Made by a program: the position numbers and the translations under genes. Shown piece after piece: positions 51,427 through 64,000 of a stretch of DNA of 64,000 nucleotides (the first letter of the stretch is position 1; the number at the start of each line of letters is the position of its first letter). The notes beneath the pieces were generated by a model that did no database searches, was not told where the DNA came from, and saw only the letters and a program-made list of their open reading frames with translations. This DNA comes from Felis catus. Taxonomy: Eukaryota. The stretch covers positions 62,002,001-62,066,000 of the forward strand of contig NC_058368.1 in NCBI RefSeq assembly GCF_018350175.1, given 5' to 3'.

Positions 51427-51652
51427 GTTTTTTTTAAGTTTATTTATTTATTTTGACATAAAGAGAAAGAGTCAGAGCACACAAGCAGGGGAGGGGAGAA
51501 AGAGAGGAGAGAGAGAGAGAGAGAGAATCTCAATCAGGTTCCATGCTGTCCGTGCAAAGTCCAAAGTGTGGCTCAAACTCACAAACTGTGAGATCATGAC
51601 CTGAGCTGAAACCAAGAGCTGGACGCTTAACTGATTGAGCCCCCCAGGTGCT
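51427..51652 (-). mobile_element. Can-SINE
   Basis: Reverse SINE body. Confidence 0.92.
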
Positions 51653-54600
51653 CTGAGAAACTTACCTATCTTTGGTAATAAACACCTCTTTTCTGTAACT
51701 AGTCTGATGCTTACAAAAAAATAAAAATAAAAAATAAATAAAGAAGCAAAACCCATAGTAAAACATTTTTAAATCTCACCATAGCCAATTACTGTGTGAA
51801 TCTTGTCAGCAATACGTGCTATGTTGTCCTACCCGACTACCAAATTGGATGATACTAATTTTTAAAGTTCTTGTCTAGTATCTGCTTGAAAAAATAAAAT
51901 ACATTGAGAATTCATTGAGGAAAGATTTTAAGAACTGAACATTGAACATGGAGTTCCATAAGACACATTTATAAGATCAAATTAGTGGAAGTCTAGTGCA
52001 GTTTACTTTGAAATGAGTACTTTGTCAGGCATGTTTATCTGTTATCTTGTAGCACAGCAATTGTGAAACAGTAGGTATTTTGGTCACCGTATTACTGCAA
52101 AAGGGAAAACATCCAATTAACATTCCATGGAAATGTTTTTTACTGCTGCCAGAGGTAACACAAATGTATAATACTGAAAATAATTTTTCAAGATTTTTCT
52201 AAGCCATTCTGTCTCTAAAGAGGACAGAAATCACTTTGCCATATATTAATTCGCTAATTTCAGTTTCTCCTGCTACTCGTAGTCATTATGATTTGCTATT
52301 CTAGTGAGGCTGATTAGGTTAGGTGGCTCAGAGCCAGCAAGCTCTATGAGCTCTAATTTCTCCTCGTCTCAGTTAGATTCCTTGGAAGTTAAGTGGGGAG
52401 ACCTGATGTGTGTTCTCGCTAATGGTACTTTCAGAAAATCAACCAATATGTTGCACTGAATTTTTAAATTTAATTCTGCCATTCCTTCTGTCTAATAGTT
52501 AAGAATTAGTCTTGTAAAAACAGAAATCCTTGTCTGACAATCAATACAGTGGTGTTTCAGAAAACTGTGAACCAAATCTCGTGATACTGCTTATCATGAT
52601 CCACATATATTATAATTTAGGGAATTTAACAGGCTGTGAACAAACATAAGATGTCCAGCAAAATACACTACTTTTTCATAATGTATTGGGAGAATTATAT
52701 CAGGTAGCATTTAGAAAACTGCTTATTTAGTACGTATAAAATAAATGTTTATTCTCATTTCATATTAATCAACATGCATCTAGGTTATTACTTATTTTAG
52801 CTGAACTTAGTGAAGAGAGATGTTTTATTGGAATAAAAAGGTCATTTTTATCACTGTATAGATCTTTACTACTATTCCATGGAAGAAGAGCTTTTCCATA
52901 TAAACCATCTATTTTTATCTCCTCACTAAATATTGTATAGATAAAAACCGTGATCTCACATGAGATTTGAATTCAGGCAAATTAACATTGCACCCTTCTT
53001 TGCTACATAGAACAGAACATCTTTTTTATTGTTATTAAACAAAAAATTGCTAGATGAATTTCATTTATCTGTTTCCCTTTCTCAGTAATCCAAATTGCCT
53101 AAATTTATAACCCAAAATGCCAATCCTGTTTTTAGACATAAAACTGTTTTAGACATAAAACTCATATGAGTTATGATTTTTAAAACTCTGTATCTAAATA
53201 ATAATTACCTAAATCCTATTTGCCTTTATTTGAATTTTGGATAGACTAAAAGATACTAACTGCAGTATGCTACAGCAAATATCCATTCATCCTAAATTCA
53301 TACAAGCCTTTCTTGCAGGCCCTGGAAATATAGTAGGTGCAAAAAAATTCCCTCTCCTTGCATAATTCACATTTTACATGGGAGATGCACAATAGACAAA
53401 TTAAAATACAAAAAAATTACATAAATACAAAAGAAGATTTCAGGGGGTTAGTAGTGATAGTAAATAAAACAATTAAGGAGATAAACACTGATGAGCCACT
53501 TTTTCGTGTGGATTGTTCAGGATTGATCTCTCTGAAGAGGTGACGATTGAGCTGAAACCAGAGTAAAATGGGAATGTTATCTCTTGTGAATAATTAATGG
53601 AAATGCTTCCTGAACAGAGGGAGAGATTCTAAGGTAAAAACAAAAGAGAGCAGTTGAGAACATTAATAAAATTATTTTGATTATAACCGATTGAAGAAAA
53701 TGAAGTTCAAAAATTGCTGAAGAAATTTTTTGGCATTGTGAACAATTTCAATTTCATTTTGAGTATAGTAGGGAATCAATGAACATTTTAGTTCAAGAAA
53801 TAAAATCATGTTTATTTGTTAGGAGTGTAGATTTTAGGAGACAAGGATAAAAACAGAAAGATTAGCAGGAAAGTACTGCAGTAGTTTAGGTGACAGATGA
53901 CTGCATCTCGATTTGGATTTTACGATTGTGACGATGATATGGAGGCATTTGATTTGAGATGGACTTAAAGGTAGAGTTGAAAGGAGTTACAAATGAATTG
54001 GATGGAAGCATGAGAAAAGAAAGGAAATAGTGAGAATCCTCAAGGTTTTTAAGCCAAGCCATTCTGTAAATAGTGTCATAACTAAGAGAATATTAAAGAA
54101 TGAATACGTGTGTGGTGGTCAGGGTGGTGGTAGTTGAAATCCAAGAGTTCTTTTTGGACATATTAAATGTGATAAGCTTTTAAAATTTCCAAAGGAGATG
54201 TCAAGTATTCAGGTGGCTATCTTATTCTGTGTCCAGGACAGAAATCGGGGCTAAAGGTTAACGTTTTGCGAGTCACCAGTAGAGAGACATTATTAAAGCT
54301 GTGGAAGTGAATGATATCACCTAGAAAGTGAGTGTAAATAGAAAAGGCAGAAGATCTAAAGACTGTGCCTTAGGCTATGGCAACATTTATACTTTAGGAA
54401 GAAAAGGAGAGACCAGCAAAGGAGACTGAAAAATAAAGGCTAGAGTAATAGCGGGAAAACCAGGGGTGTGTGTTCTGTAAACTCAGTGCTGGAAGTGTTT
54501 CATGATGTAGGAACTGATCTGATCCACTTTATGAGACTGTTGAGGGATTAAGTTGTATAATGACTAAAAATTAATGTTTGAAATTTTAACATTTTAGGTC

Positions 54601-54965
54601 AGATGATCAAAGGCAGAAACATTTAATTGGAGTAAGTTAAGAAAGTATTGTGTGTGATTAAGCATATATATTTTAGGCAATGATTATAGACTTTTTTTTC
54701 TGGAAATACATATAGACATTGGGCAGAAGGCAGATGATGACACACTTTAAGTGAATTCTTTATTTTATTTCCTTTTAACATAGTATATAATCCAGTATGT
54801 TTGTGTGCTAATTGGAGTTGTTGAGCAAATAAAAAATACTGTAATATATAAAAGAGAGAAATAAGGACATGGCCTTTGTCCTTACTGTCTGGCATGGAAT
54901 AGAAGCCAGTGTACCTTAGAAGGGTTGGCTTTGACTCGAAACACTGACAGGTCATTGTTTTTATA

Positions 54966-54966
<1 letters not shown>

Positions 54967-55016
<50 letters not shown>

Positions 55017-55017
55017 T
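54967..55017. repeat. (TA)n(CA)n microsatellite
   Basis: Read directly from the sequence. Confidence 0.95.
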
Positions 55018-55059
55018 ATGAAAGATCCACATAACATGGATTGAAGTTCAAGTAGCCCT

Positions 55060-55255
55060 GGGGCACCTGGATGGATCAGTCAGTTGACTGTCCAACTTCA
55101 GCTCAGGTCATGATCTCACAGCTTGTGAGTTTTAGCCCTGCTTCAGGGTCTGTGCAGACAGCTCAGAGTCAGGAGTCTGCTTCAGATTCTGGGTCTCCCT
55201 CTCTCTGCCTGGCTTGTACTCTGTCTCTCTCACTCTCTCAAAAATAAATAAACAT
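55060..55255 (+). mobile_element. Can-SINE
   Basis: TSD ttgaagttcaagtag on both sides. Confidence 0.93.
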
Positions 55256-55865
55256 TTGAAGTTCAAGTAGGCTTGCAGATTAGGAAAAAATGGTGATGAT
55301 GATAGGCACTACTGCACTTTTCTTTTCTAAGTGATGTAAAAAGAAAGATAATTCCCTGGGAGTCAAGAAGGGAGAGTTTGATGGTGGTATAAGGAGTCAA
55401 AGATACTTTAAATAGTTGAGGAATTGAGTAGTGAGTAGGAGAGTATGATCATTTGGAAAAATAAAACAAAACAATATTACATACGTAACTTTTCCTAGCG
55501 ATTTTTAGCTATTTGTAGGTGGAAACTGACATATAATCATGGCTGGAGTCTTAACCAGATAAGCATATGGAAGGTAATGACAAGTGAGTTTTGAATATGC
55601 GCTGGAGTGATTATATGATAATGGGCTTTGTAATCTAATGTGGATAAGAAGAATAGCGATAGAAGTAAAGCCATGGAGAATGGAGAGTCAATTGACAGGA
55701 TATCCATGTAGGGTCAGAGAATGTTTAGGAAGAGCTAATAGTGGCAGAAAGCTGGGGTTGAGAGAAAAAAGTTATTACAATTAATGCAGTAGTTGAAGTT
55801 GACAAGGTCTAATCTGTTGCCTGAAGTTCATTGAAGAAATAGATTGTTAAGAGTGAGGAGGTCAA

Positions 55866-56073
55866 GGGGCGCCTGGGTGGTGTAGTCGGATGCTGGTCAT
55901 GATCTCACAGTTTGTGAGTTCGAGCCCAGCATCGGGCTCTGTGCTGACAGCTCAGAGCCTGGAGCCTGGAGCTTGCTTCAAATTCTGTGTATCTCTCTCT
56001 CTGTGACCCTCCCCCACTCACACTCTCTCTCTCTCTCTCAAAACTAAAGATTAAAAAATAATTAAAAAAAAAA
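55866..56073 (+). mobile_element. Can-SINE with head deletion
   Basis: TSD aagagtgaggaggtcaa on both sides. Confidence 0.93.
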
Positions 56074-56443
56074 AAGAGTGAGGAGGTCAAGGAATTAAAA
56101 ACCCAGGTCTTGGATAAACTGACCATGTGATTGAGGAAGCTACAAAGAATAGGTGGTAGTAGGATATGATGGAATATTCCAGCATCTATTTAGGAAAACT
56201 CAATATTTCTGGAAACAGATCTAATCTAAGTTTCTATACATCATTCTCATTCTCTTACACTCCTTTATTTTCCCTATTTCCTAAATAAGCACCATTTATA
56301 TGACTTAATAATTTCTAAAACATACTTTAAATACATTCATTTATTCAATTTTTACAACAAACCTACTTACAAAAGAGCTAATATGTTAATTTTAGAGAAA
56401 TGAAAATTAAGACTGAGTATTTGACTCTACAGAGGTGAATGTA

Positions 56444-56656
56444 GTTTTTTTTTTAATGACTATTTATTTTTGAGAGGCAGAGAGAGACAGAGCACGAGTG
56501 GGGAAGGGGCAGAGAAAGGAGACACAGAATCTGAAACAGGCTCCAGGCTCCAAACTATCAGCACAGAGCCCTTTGAGGGGCTCAAACCCATGAGTCATGA
56601 AATCATGACCTGAGCCGAGGTCAGTCATTTAACTGGCTGAGCCACCCAGGTGCCCC
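56444..56656 (-). mobile_element. Can-SINE
   Basis: Reverse SINE body. Confidence 0.93.
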
Positions 56657-56838
56657 TAGTTTGTTTTTAATCTTTGTAGGTTACCTGCTTCTTAATATGC
56701 TATTGCTTAGTATTCCCATCTTAAGGTGTTATCTTTTAAAGAATCATGTTATTTTGGATATACTTTTGCCGGATGGTGCTAATTAAATTCATCTAATCAA
56801 ATCTTCTCCAAACCCTGAACTCAAATTCCTGCTACTTT

Positions 56839-57062
56839 CTTTTTTTTTTTCTTTCATTTTTTAAATGTTTTTATTTTTGACAGAGAGAGAAGGAGCATGA
56901 GCAGGGAAGGGGCAGAGAGAGTGGGGGACACAGAATCTGAAGCAGGCTCCAGGCTCTGACCTATCATCCCAGAGCCCGATGCTGGGCTCAAACTCACAAA
57001 CCATGACATCACGACCTGAGCCGAAGTCGGGTGCTTAACTGACTGAGCCACCCAGGCGCCCC
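56839..57062 (-). mobile_element. Can-SINE
   Basis: TSD aaattc(c/t)tgctac(t/c)ttct. Confidence 0.95.
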
Positions 57063-57069
57063 AAATTCT

Positions 57070-57950
57070 TGCTACCTTCTTAACACCCCCACTTGCATGT
57101 ATGCCAAATCTCAAACAGTAGATGTCCCAAAATGCAAATATTTGCTCACAGGCTTTATTTACCACCTACCCATTTCTTATCCCATTTTAAGAAGTGCATC
57201 CTCATTTACTCTTTTGTTCAAGACATAAGTCCAGGAATCATCTTTGATTTCTCCATTTACCTAGCTTTCCACTCAGGGTCTGTTCCAAAAGTATCTAAAC
57301 TTAGATCATCTATCTGCATTGCTACCATCCTAGGCTGGGCCCACATAACATAATTTCCGTATTGTACAACAGCTTGCAACTGGTCTCCCTGGCTTCCACT
57401 ATAGTCCATTCACCACTCATAAGTCTGAATGAGCTGCTTAAAATGAAAATTGAATTAGGTACAGTTAAGATAAAAATTAGACTCTTTGGGGTGTCTGGGT
57501 GGCTCGGTTGGTTATGTGTCTAACTCTTGATTTCGGCTCAGGTTATGATCTCACTGTTGTGAGACTGAGCCAAGTGATGGGCTCTACATTGGGCATGGAG
57601 ACGAAAATTCTCTCTCTCCCTTTCCTTCTGCCCTTCCGCTGCCAGCACTTTCAAGAAAAAAAAAATCAAACTCTTCACCATGGTCTTAATGTCTTACATA
57701 ATCTGACACCAATTCTATAAACTTGGCTTAGAAAATTGCTCCTCACTCATCAGCCTCCACCTAGATAGGATTTAAATTAGTTGTTCAAACATATCTTTGT
57801 ACCATTTTAACACTTCTTACATTTTATTCTCTACCTAAAATTCCTTCTTATTTTATGTTATTTGAATAAAATTTTCTCATCTTTGATGTCTGCTCTTCAA
57901 TATCATCCTTTTAGAAAAGCTTTTAATACCCTATTTAATGAATTCCTGTA
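57070..57950 (+). mobile_element. L2 3' fragment
   Basis: 'ggaatcatctttgatttctcc...gctaccatcctaggc...acaacagcttgcaactggtctccctggcttccact' are L2 sense motifs. Confidence 0.7.
57488..57665 (+). mobile_element. Older Can-SINE
   Basis: Head ggggtgtctgggtggctc and A tail. Confidence 0.85.
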
Positions 57951-58310
57951 ATCATCGATCTTTATCACAAATATAAAAACACAATAACATAAAGATCTAC
58001 AAAGAAGAAAGAAAATTTATCTATAGGCCCACTACTCAGATAGATATTATTGATGAATATCACTCTATACACAGTATCTTTTAAGAGGAAAAGCATAGAA
58101 AATACACACAGATTTAACAGACATATAATATGCTATATGGACATTTTGTTCACTATTTACATAATTCTACATTTTTCAACCTTCAGAAAAAAATAAAAAT
58201 CATAAAAGACAATCTATAGAAATAATAATCCATAAAAGCAAATTTCTATTTCAAGAGACACACAAAGCTTTGGTCTCATCTCTAAATTTCTTTTAAGAAT
58301 TTTTGTAACT

Positions 58311-58500
58311 GGGTTGCCTGGGTGGTTCAGTCATTAACTGACTCTTGGTTTCAGCTCAGGTCATGATCTCATGGTTTGTGAGTTGGAGCCCCATATCAGG
58401 CTCCTCGCTGACAGCTCAAAGTCTGCTTGGGATTCTCTCTCTTTCCCTCTCTCTCTGCCCCTCCCCCCTCTCTCTTAAAAGAAATAAACAACAAAATTTT
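58311..58500 (+). mobile_element. Can-SINE
   Basis: Head, CT tract, tail; flanked by aatttttgtaa on both sides. Confidence 0.92.
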
Positions 58501-58537
58501 TAAATAATTTTTGTAATAGTCTATACAGTTATGAGTT

Positions 58538-59206
58538 AAACCAGACAAAGACTCCACTAAAAAAGAGAACTACAGGCTAATATCCCTGATGAACATGGAT
58601 GCAACAGTTCTTAACAAAATACTAACAAATTAAATCCAACAGTACATTCAAAGAATTATTCACCATGATCAAGTGGAATTTATTCCTGGGCTGCAAATAA
58701 CATTCAATGTTGACAAATCAGTCAACATGATATACCACATTAATAAAAGAAAGGATGAAAATGATATGATCTTCTAAACCAATGCTGAAAAACATTTGAC
58801 AAAACACTACATCCATTCTTAATAAAAACCCTCAACAAATAGGGATAGAGAGAACATACCTCAATATCATGAAGGCCAGATAAGAAAGACCCATAGCTAG
58901 TATTGTCCTCAATGGTGAAAAAAACCCATTTCCTTGATGGTCAGGAACAAGACAGGGATGTCCACTCTCACCACTATGATTTTACATAGTATTGCAATTC
59001 CTAGCTTCAGTCATCAGACAACAAAAAGAAATAAAAGACATCCAAATCAGCATGGAAGAAGTCAAATTTTCACTAACAGACAACATGATACTCTATGTGG
59101 AAACCCCAAAAGACTCCACAAAAAAATTGCTAGGACTGATACACAAATTTGGTAAAATCATAGGATACAAAACCAACATGCAGAAATCTGTTGTGTTTCT
59201 ATACAC
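58538..59206 (+). mobile_element. Internal L1 ORF2 RT fragment, no 3' end
   Basis: LASVIRQQKEIKDIQISMEEVKFSLTDNMILYVETPKDSTKKLL is L1 RT. Confidence 0.95.
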
Positions 59207-59432
59207 ACTCTCATGTGCACTTTGAAACATTGATTGTAATGAATCCAGTTCTTAAATTCGGGAGCCTTTAAAGTCATCTTGTAAAATCATCTTTCACACA
59301 CATATCCCCCACTGTATTATGGGAAATATCATCATGTAATCATCCTGAAGGAAGAGGATAAGGCATACCACTTCCAAGGACTAAACATTGCATACACAGA
59401 AAGGTCTCCTATTTAAAATGTCTCTATCAACT

Positions 59433-59645
59433 GGGGGCACCTCGGTGAATCAGTTGGTTAAGCATCCAGCTTTCTTGATTTCAGCTCAGGTCATGAGCTC
59501 ATGGTTCACAGGATTGAGCCAGTGTTGGACTCTGCACTGACAGTGCGGACCCTGCTTGGTATTCTCCTTCTCCTTCTCTCCTTGCCCCTCCCCTGCTTCT
59601 GCTCTGTCTCTTTCTCTCAAAATAAATAAATAAACACACAGAAAA
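59433..59645 (+). mobile_element. Can-SINE
   Basis: TSD-like aaaatgtctctatca / aaaatgtctttatta. Confidence 0.93.
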
Positions 59646-60090
59646 TTAAAATGTCTTTATTAGTTGAACCTAGATATTCTCCCTTCACTGACACCAGTTC
59701 TGCTGTTTGGAATGCTACAAAATAAATTTAAACTCCTTCTCTTTTGGGAGAATTTTAATTATTTGAAGAGACATCATGCTTCTGTATGTATGTCTTCTCT
59801 CTTCCTTATTATATATTATCAGGACTTTCAACATTTGCTTATATATCTTGTTTTACAAACTTATCATTGCTCTGACTCCTCTTCTAATAATACAGATTAA
59901 AAAGTTAGTTATTACACCTCAAAGTAAATTTGAAATGGTAAAAGATAAAATTATGAGAGTCTTTAGGAATTGTACTATAATTTTGGTTGTTCAAAACACA
60001 TGACATTTATTTTGGGTTCTTCTATTCCAAAAAGAAAAAAAAATATTCCAAACTTCTCCTAAAGGGAGAATTCTGTAATAAACAGAATGA

Positions 60091-60193
60091 GCCTGCTTCC
60101 GATTCTGTGTCTCCCTCTCTCTCTGCCCCTTCCCCGTTCATGCTCTGTCTCTCTCTGTCTCAAAAATAAATAAACGTTAAAAAAATTTTTTTA
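60091..60193 (+). mobile_element. 5'-truncated felid Can-SINE
   Basis: TSD aataaaca(g/c)aatga at 60077-60090 and 60194-60207. Confidence 0.9.
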
Positions 60194-60497
60194 AATAAAC
60201 ACAATGATATAAAAGTCAAAAAGTATACTTATTAGGTGCAAGAAATACCCACCCTCCTGGGTACTTAATGTTTTCTAAAAGTAGGGGCAAAGTAGCAAGG
60301 AAATTTGAAATAAGAAACATCTGTGTTCCAGTAACTTAAAAGATTCCAATTGGAGTAATTTACTTAATATATTTCTCAAACTCTCAATATTTTTATGGAT
60401 AAAATGGAGGTAATAAGAGAACCTAATTGGTAAGATTTTTATATAACACTCAGCTCTCTGTTTTTCACAGAGTATGCAGTAACTATTGAATATTTTT

Positions 60498-60590
60498 ATT
60501 ATATTATGTTATGTGATGTGATGTTATTTTATATTATATATTATATATTATATATTATATATTATATATTATATATTATATATTATATAA
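60498..60590. repeat. (TATAT)n/(TATATAT)n AT-rich repeat
   Basis: Read directly from the sequence. Confidence 0.92.
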
Positions 60591-60626
60591 TAAATGCACC
60601 ACATTCTTTTTGGTGCATTCAGATTC

Positions 60627-60654
60627 TTTTTATTTAAGTTTATTTATTTATTTT

Positions 60655-60719
<65 letters not shown>

Positions 60720-60868
60720 AGTGGGAGAGGGGGAGAGAGAGAATCCCAAGTAGGCTCAATGCTGTCAGTGCAGAACCCAACACAGGGCTTGATCCCATGA
60801 ATAATGAGATTATGACCTGAGGAGAAATCAAGAACCCAATGCTTAACTGACTGAGACACCCAGGTGCC
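60627..60868 (-). mobile_element. Can-SINE with (GA)n(GT)n expansion
   Basis: Reverse SINE body. Confidence 0.93.
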
Positions 60869-61252
60869 TCTAAATTCTTTTATGGGAACTACAGGTGATA
60901 ATGTGGGCTTGTACTGAGTTCCAATACTTGTTAGAAACTTTTATTATGAAATAAATATTTATTGATATATTCTGGATGATAGAAATGTGTCAAGCATTGA
61001 GATTGCAACAGTGAGCAACATAGACATTACATTTGTGAAAATTGAGTCTCCCTATCCTAATCATTTCCTTATTCTTAAATATTCAATTTAGATATCATAT
61101 ATTTCTAAACTTATTTTAGTGTTTTCAATATTTCTCTTCTTTCTGCATCTCATTCTGTTTTTAATTCTTTGTTCTACTTATTCTATAATACAATTTAGTT
61201 ATTCTCTTTTCATTATATCTGTTCACATTTCTAGAATTCTGTTTGGTTCTTT

Positions 61253-61276
61253 TCTTGTATTATTTTAATGTTTATT

Positions 61277-61317
<41 letters not shown>

Positions 61318-61481
61318 TAGTGGGTGAGGAGCAGAGAGAGACAGAGACACAGAATCCGAAGCAGGCTCCAGGCTCTGAGCCGTGGGCACAGATCACCATG
61401 CAGGGCTCAAATTCACCAGCTGTGAGATCATGACCTGAGCTGAAGTCAGAAGCTTAACTGACTGAGCCACCCAGGTGCACC
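61253..61481 (-). mobile_element. Can-SINE
   Basis: TSD ctgtttggttctttt on both sides. Confidence 0.95.
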
Positions 61482-61850
61482 TGTTTGGTTCTTTTTGAAA
61501 TTCATTTGTCCTCTTCTCCTTTTGTCCTACTCTTATCTTATATTTTTAAATTTATTTTTCTATTGAATATTTAAAATGAATTTAACTTAAATTTCTGTTA
61601 GATTATTTCATAAACTCTGATTTATGCTCCAAAACAATGGCATGAGTATAACATCTTTTTAATAGTTCAACACCATGACTACAATTGGCAATTACTATTA
61701 AATTTCTCCAGATTCTTGGTATTATAACTATAACCTTAGATTCAGATATTCTTAATCAGTTTGGTTCTGTCCACTATGTATTCCTATGTCCTTTATCATT
61801 CCTGGGATCCCTGAAGTTAGACTAGAAAGTGATAAAATTTAACAAGGGTC

Positions 61851-62270
61851 TGTGCGGTGGTTAATTTTATGTGTCAACTTGACTGGCCACATGGTACCCA
61901 GATTCAACATTATTTCTGGGTGTAGTTGTGAGGGTGTTTCTGGATGAGATTTGTATTTGAATGGGTAGACTCAATAGATGGTCCTCTCCAATGTGGGTGG
62001 GCATCATCCAATTCATCTAGGTGTTGAATAGAACAAGTGGCCGAGGAAGGAGAACTTTGCCCCTTTTTGCCCACCTGACTCCAGCGTCCATCCTCAAAAT
62101 GGAATGTACATCATTGGCTCTCCCAGTTCCCAGGCCTTTGAATCAGACTGAATTACACCACCAGATTTATTGGGTGTCCAGCTTACAGAAAGCAGATAGT
62201 GCAGTGAGACTTTTCAGTCTCATATCATGTGAGTCAATTTCTCATAATAAATTTTGTTCCTCTGCTACGG
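61851..62270 (+). mobile_element. MLT2 (ERVL) solo LTR
   Basis: 'tgtgcggtggttaattttatgtgtcaacttgactgg...aacattatttctgggtgt...ctctccaatgtgggtgggcatcatccaat'. Confidence 0.88.
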
Positions 62271-63650
62271 AATAGAAACACAATTCTTTTTTGTGTTTAC
62301 CTTGTTCCCTGCAACTTTGTTCAATGCACTTATCAGCTCTAGAATTTTCTTGTGGATTCTTTTCCATTTTCTATATATCAGATCATGCCATGTGTAGAGA
62401 TTTTAAAGAATTTCTTCCTTTCTAATTTGGATACTTTTTATTTCTCTTGCTTATCTAATTGCTCTGGCAAGAACTTCCAGTACAATGTTGAATACTAGCT
62501 ATGGAAGAGGATATTCTTGTCAAATTATTGATCTTAAGGGAAAAGCTTTCAGTGTTTCACTATTGAGTATCATGCTACCAATGGGTTTTTTCATAAATAC
62601 CCTTTATCATGTGGAAGTTCTCTTTTTTTCTTAGGCTTCTGAGTGTTTTTACCATGAAATGTTAGATTTTTTTTTTTCAAATTACTTCTTCATCAGTTGA
62701 GATGATCATTTTTTCCCTTCATTCCATTAATGTGATATATTACATTGTATTAACTTTCTTACATTGAATCACCCCTGTAATCTTGGAATAAATTCCACTT
62801 TGCCGTGGTGTATAATAATTTTTGCATCCTATTGGATTTGGTTTGCTAGTGTTTTGTTGAAGATTTTTGACTCTGTATTCACTAGGGAAAAGGTTTATAC
62901 AGTTTTCTTCCTGGGTAATGCTGGCTTTATAGAATGACTTTGGAAGAGTTTTTTCCTCTTCTAATGTTTTTGGAAAAGTTTGAGAAGGATTGTGGTTAAT
63001 TTTTCTTTAAATGTTTAATAGAATTTTACCAGTGAAGCCATATGGTCCTGAACTTTTCTTTGCTGGGAATTAATGGTTAGTGATTCCATCTGTTTAGTTG
63101 TTTTAGCTCTGTTGAAATTTTCTATTTCTTCTTAAACCAACATGGGTAATTTGTGTATTTCTCAGATTTTTTTCCATTTTATCTGGTATGTCTAATTTGT
63201 CATCACACAGATCTTTAAAGCCTTTCAATAGTGTCTCACAAACCTATCATCAGTTCCATCTTTGTTATTCTGTTTTTCCTGTCTATGATTCAGTTCAGAA
63301 AATTCTAATCAACCTGTCTTTGATTTCACTGATCCTATGTTCAGTGTTCTGCTGAATTCCAATTAAGTCCTAACAATGATTTCTTGGTTTCAAATATTTA
63401 ATTTTTCAATTATAGAATGTTCTTTTAGTTTTTTTCAGAGATATTTTCTTTGTTTAAATATATCCTTTTATTCACTCAGACTAATATCATTTATTTATTT
63501 GTTTGTTTATATTTTACTAATTCCGACAATTTGGCTATCTTTTATCCTGCTTGTGTTGTTCTATTTATTTCTGTTATTCTGAATCTCATTTATTTATTTC
63601 TTTATATGTTAACCTGTCCATATGAAAGAATCCTGGCACCAAATTTATGT
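62270..63650 (-). mobile_element. Ancient L1M relic (ORF2 RT region ~62270-63200, ORF1-like ~63240-63650)
   Basis: 'gctctggcaagaacttccagtacaatgttgaata...gatcttaagggaaaagctttcagtgtttcactattgagtat' is reverse L1 RT. Confidence 0.8.
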
Positions 63651-64000
63651 TTTTTTTTTTTCTTTCCATAGAGAAGGCAAGTATCTTTCACTATTAGAAA
63701 AATAGAGTAAGGGCTGAATACTTAGATCCATTTGGAATTGAACTAGGTCAGGGCTGGGATGTATATTCAGTTGACCTAAGTTCACTTGTGATTTTAAATG
63801 TCTTGATGACAGAACTGTTGGATAATTGTCTCTTCCTCTTCAGCCCAGTGTCTACAAGCGTCACCTAAGCACTCAACAACATCATCAGGGTGAAAACATT
63901 GGATGGGGAAACCAGTCATGTGTTCTAATCTGGTTACAAGGCCATTGAAACTTCCCTCATTTTATTTTCACCAACCCAGTTCTTTTACAGATGGCAACCC

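Larger units (their letters stand above)
53280..56150 (-). mobile_element. Long L2 (L2a-like) relic, interrupted by two SINEs
   Basis: 'ggagatgtcaagtattcaggtggctat...gagtcaccagtagagagacattattaaagctgtggaagtgaatgatatcacctagaaagtgagtgta' is the typical reverse L2 3' region. Confidence 0.8.

Noticed and set aside
1..64000. A novel multi-gene biological system, CRISPR array or prokaryotic operon
   Set aside because: The sequence is felid non-coding DNA. There are no long ORFs outside retroelements and no regularly spaced repeat-spacer arrays. The recurring ~200-bp repeats are dispersed Can-SINEs.

Overview
AT-rich, repeat-dense mammalian non-coding DNA (gene desert or large intron). It is almost certainly from a cat-family (Felidae) genome: it carries about 35 tRNA-derived carnivore Can-SINEs, including young SINEC_Fc-like copies, plus carnivore-type L1s. 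I find no supportable host protein-coding gene, RNA gene, CRISPR array or novel multi-gene system. The ORF-track entries are L1/SINE read-through, microsatellite translations or chance ORFs. Main elements: a full-length but dead L1 with a 20-bp target-site duplication (TSD) and three nested SINEs (28799-35983); a decayed two-LTR ERVL provirus with recognisable RNase H/integrase remnants (9369-~14660, minus); a HAL1/L1-ORF1-like relic; MaLR, ERV1 and ERVL solo LTRs; L2, MIR and MER58 fragments; many microsatellites. The most interesting signals are structural: two L1 ORF2 fragments 38 kb apart that abut in L1 coordinates in opposite orientation (possible inversion scar), a twin-primed inverted L1, a short possible 3' transduction, a deletion with templated insertion, hairpin-type duplications, one candidate 78-nt exon and several enhancer-like unique stretches. 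Repeat family names come from recalled consensus motifs, not a database search, and boundaries of old elements are approximate.
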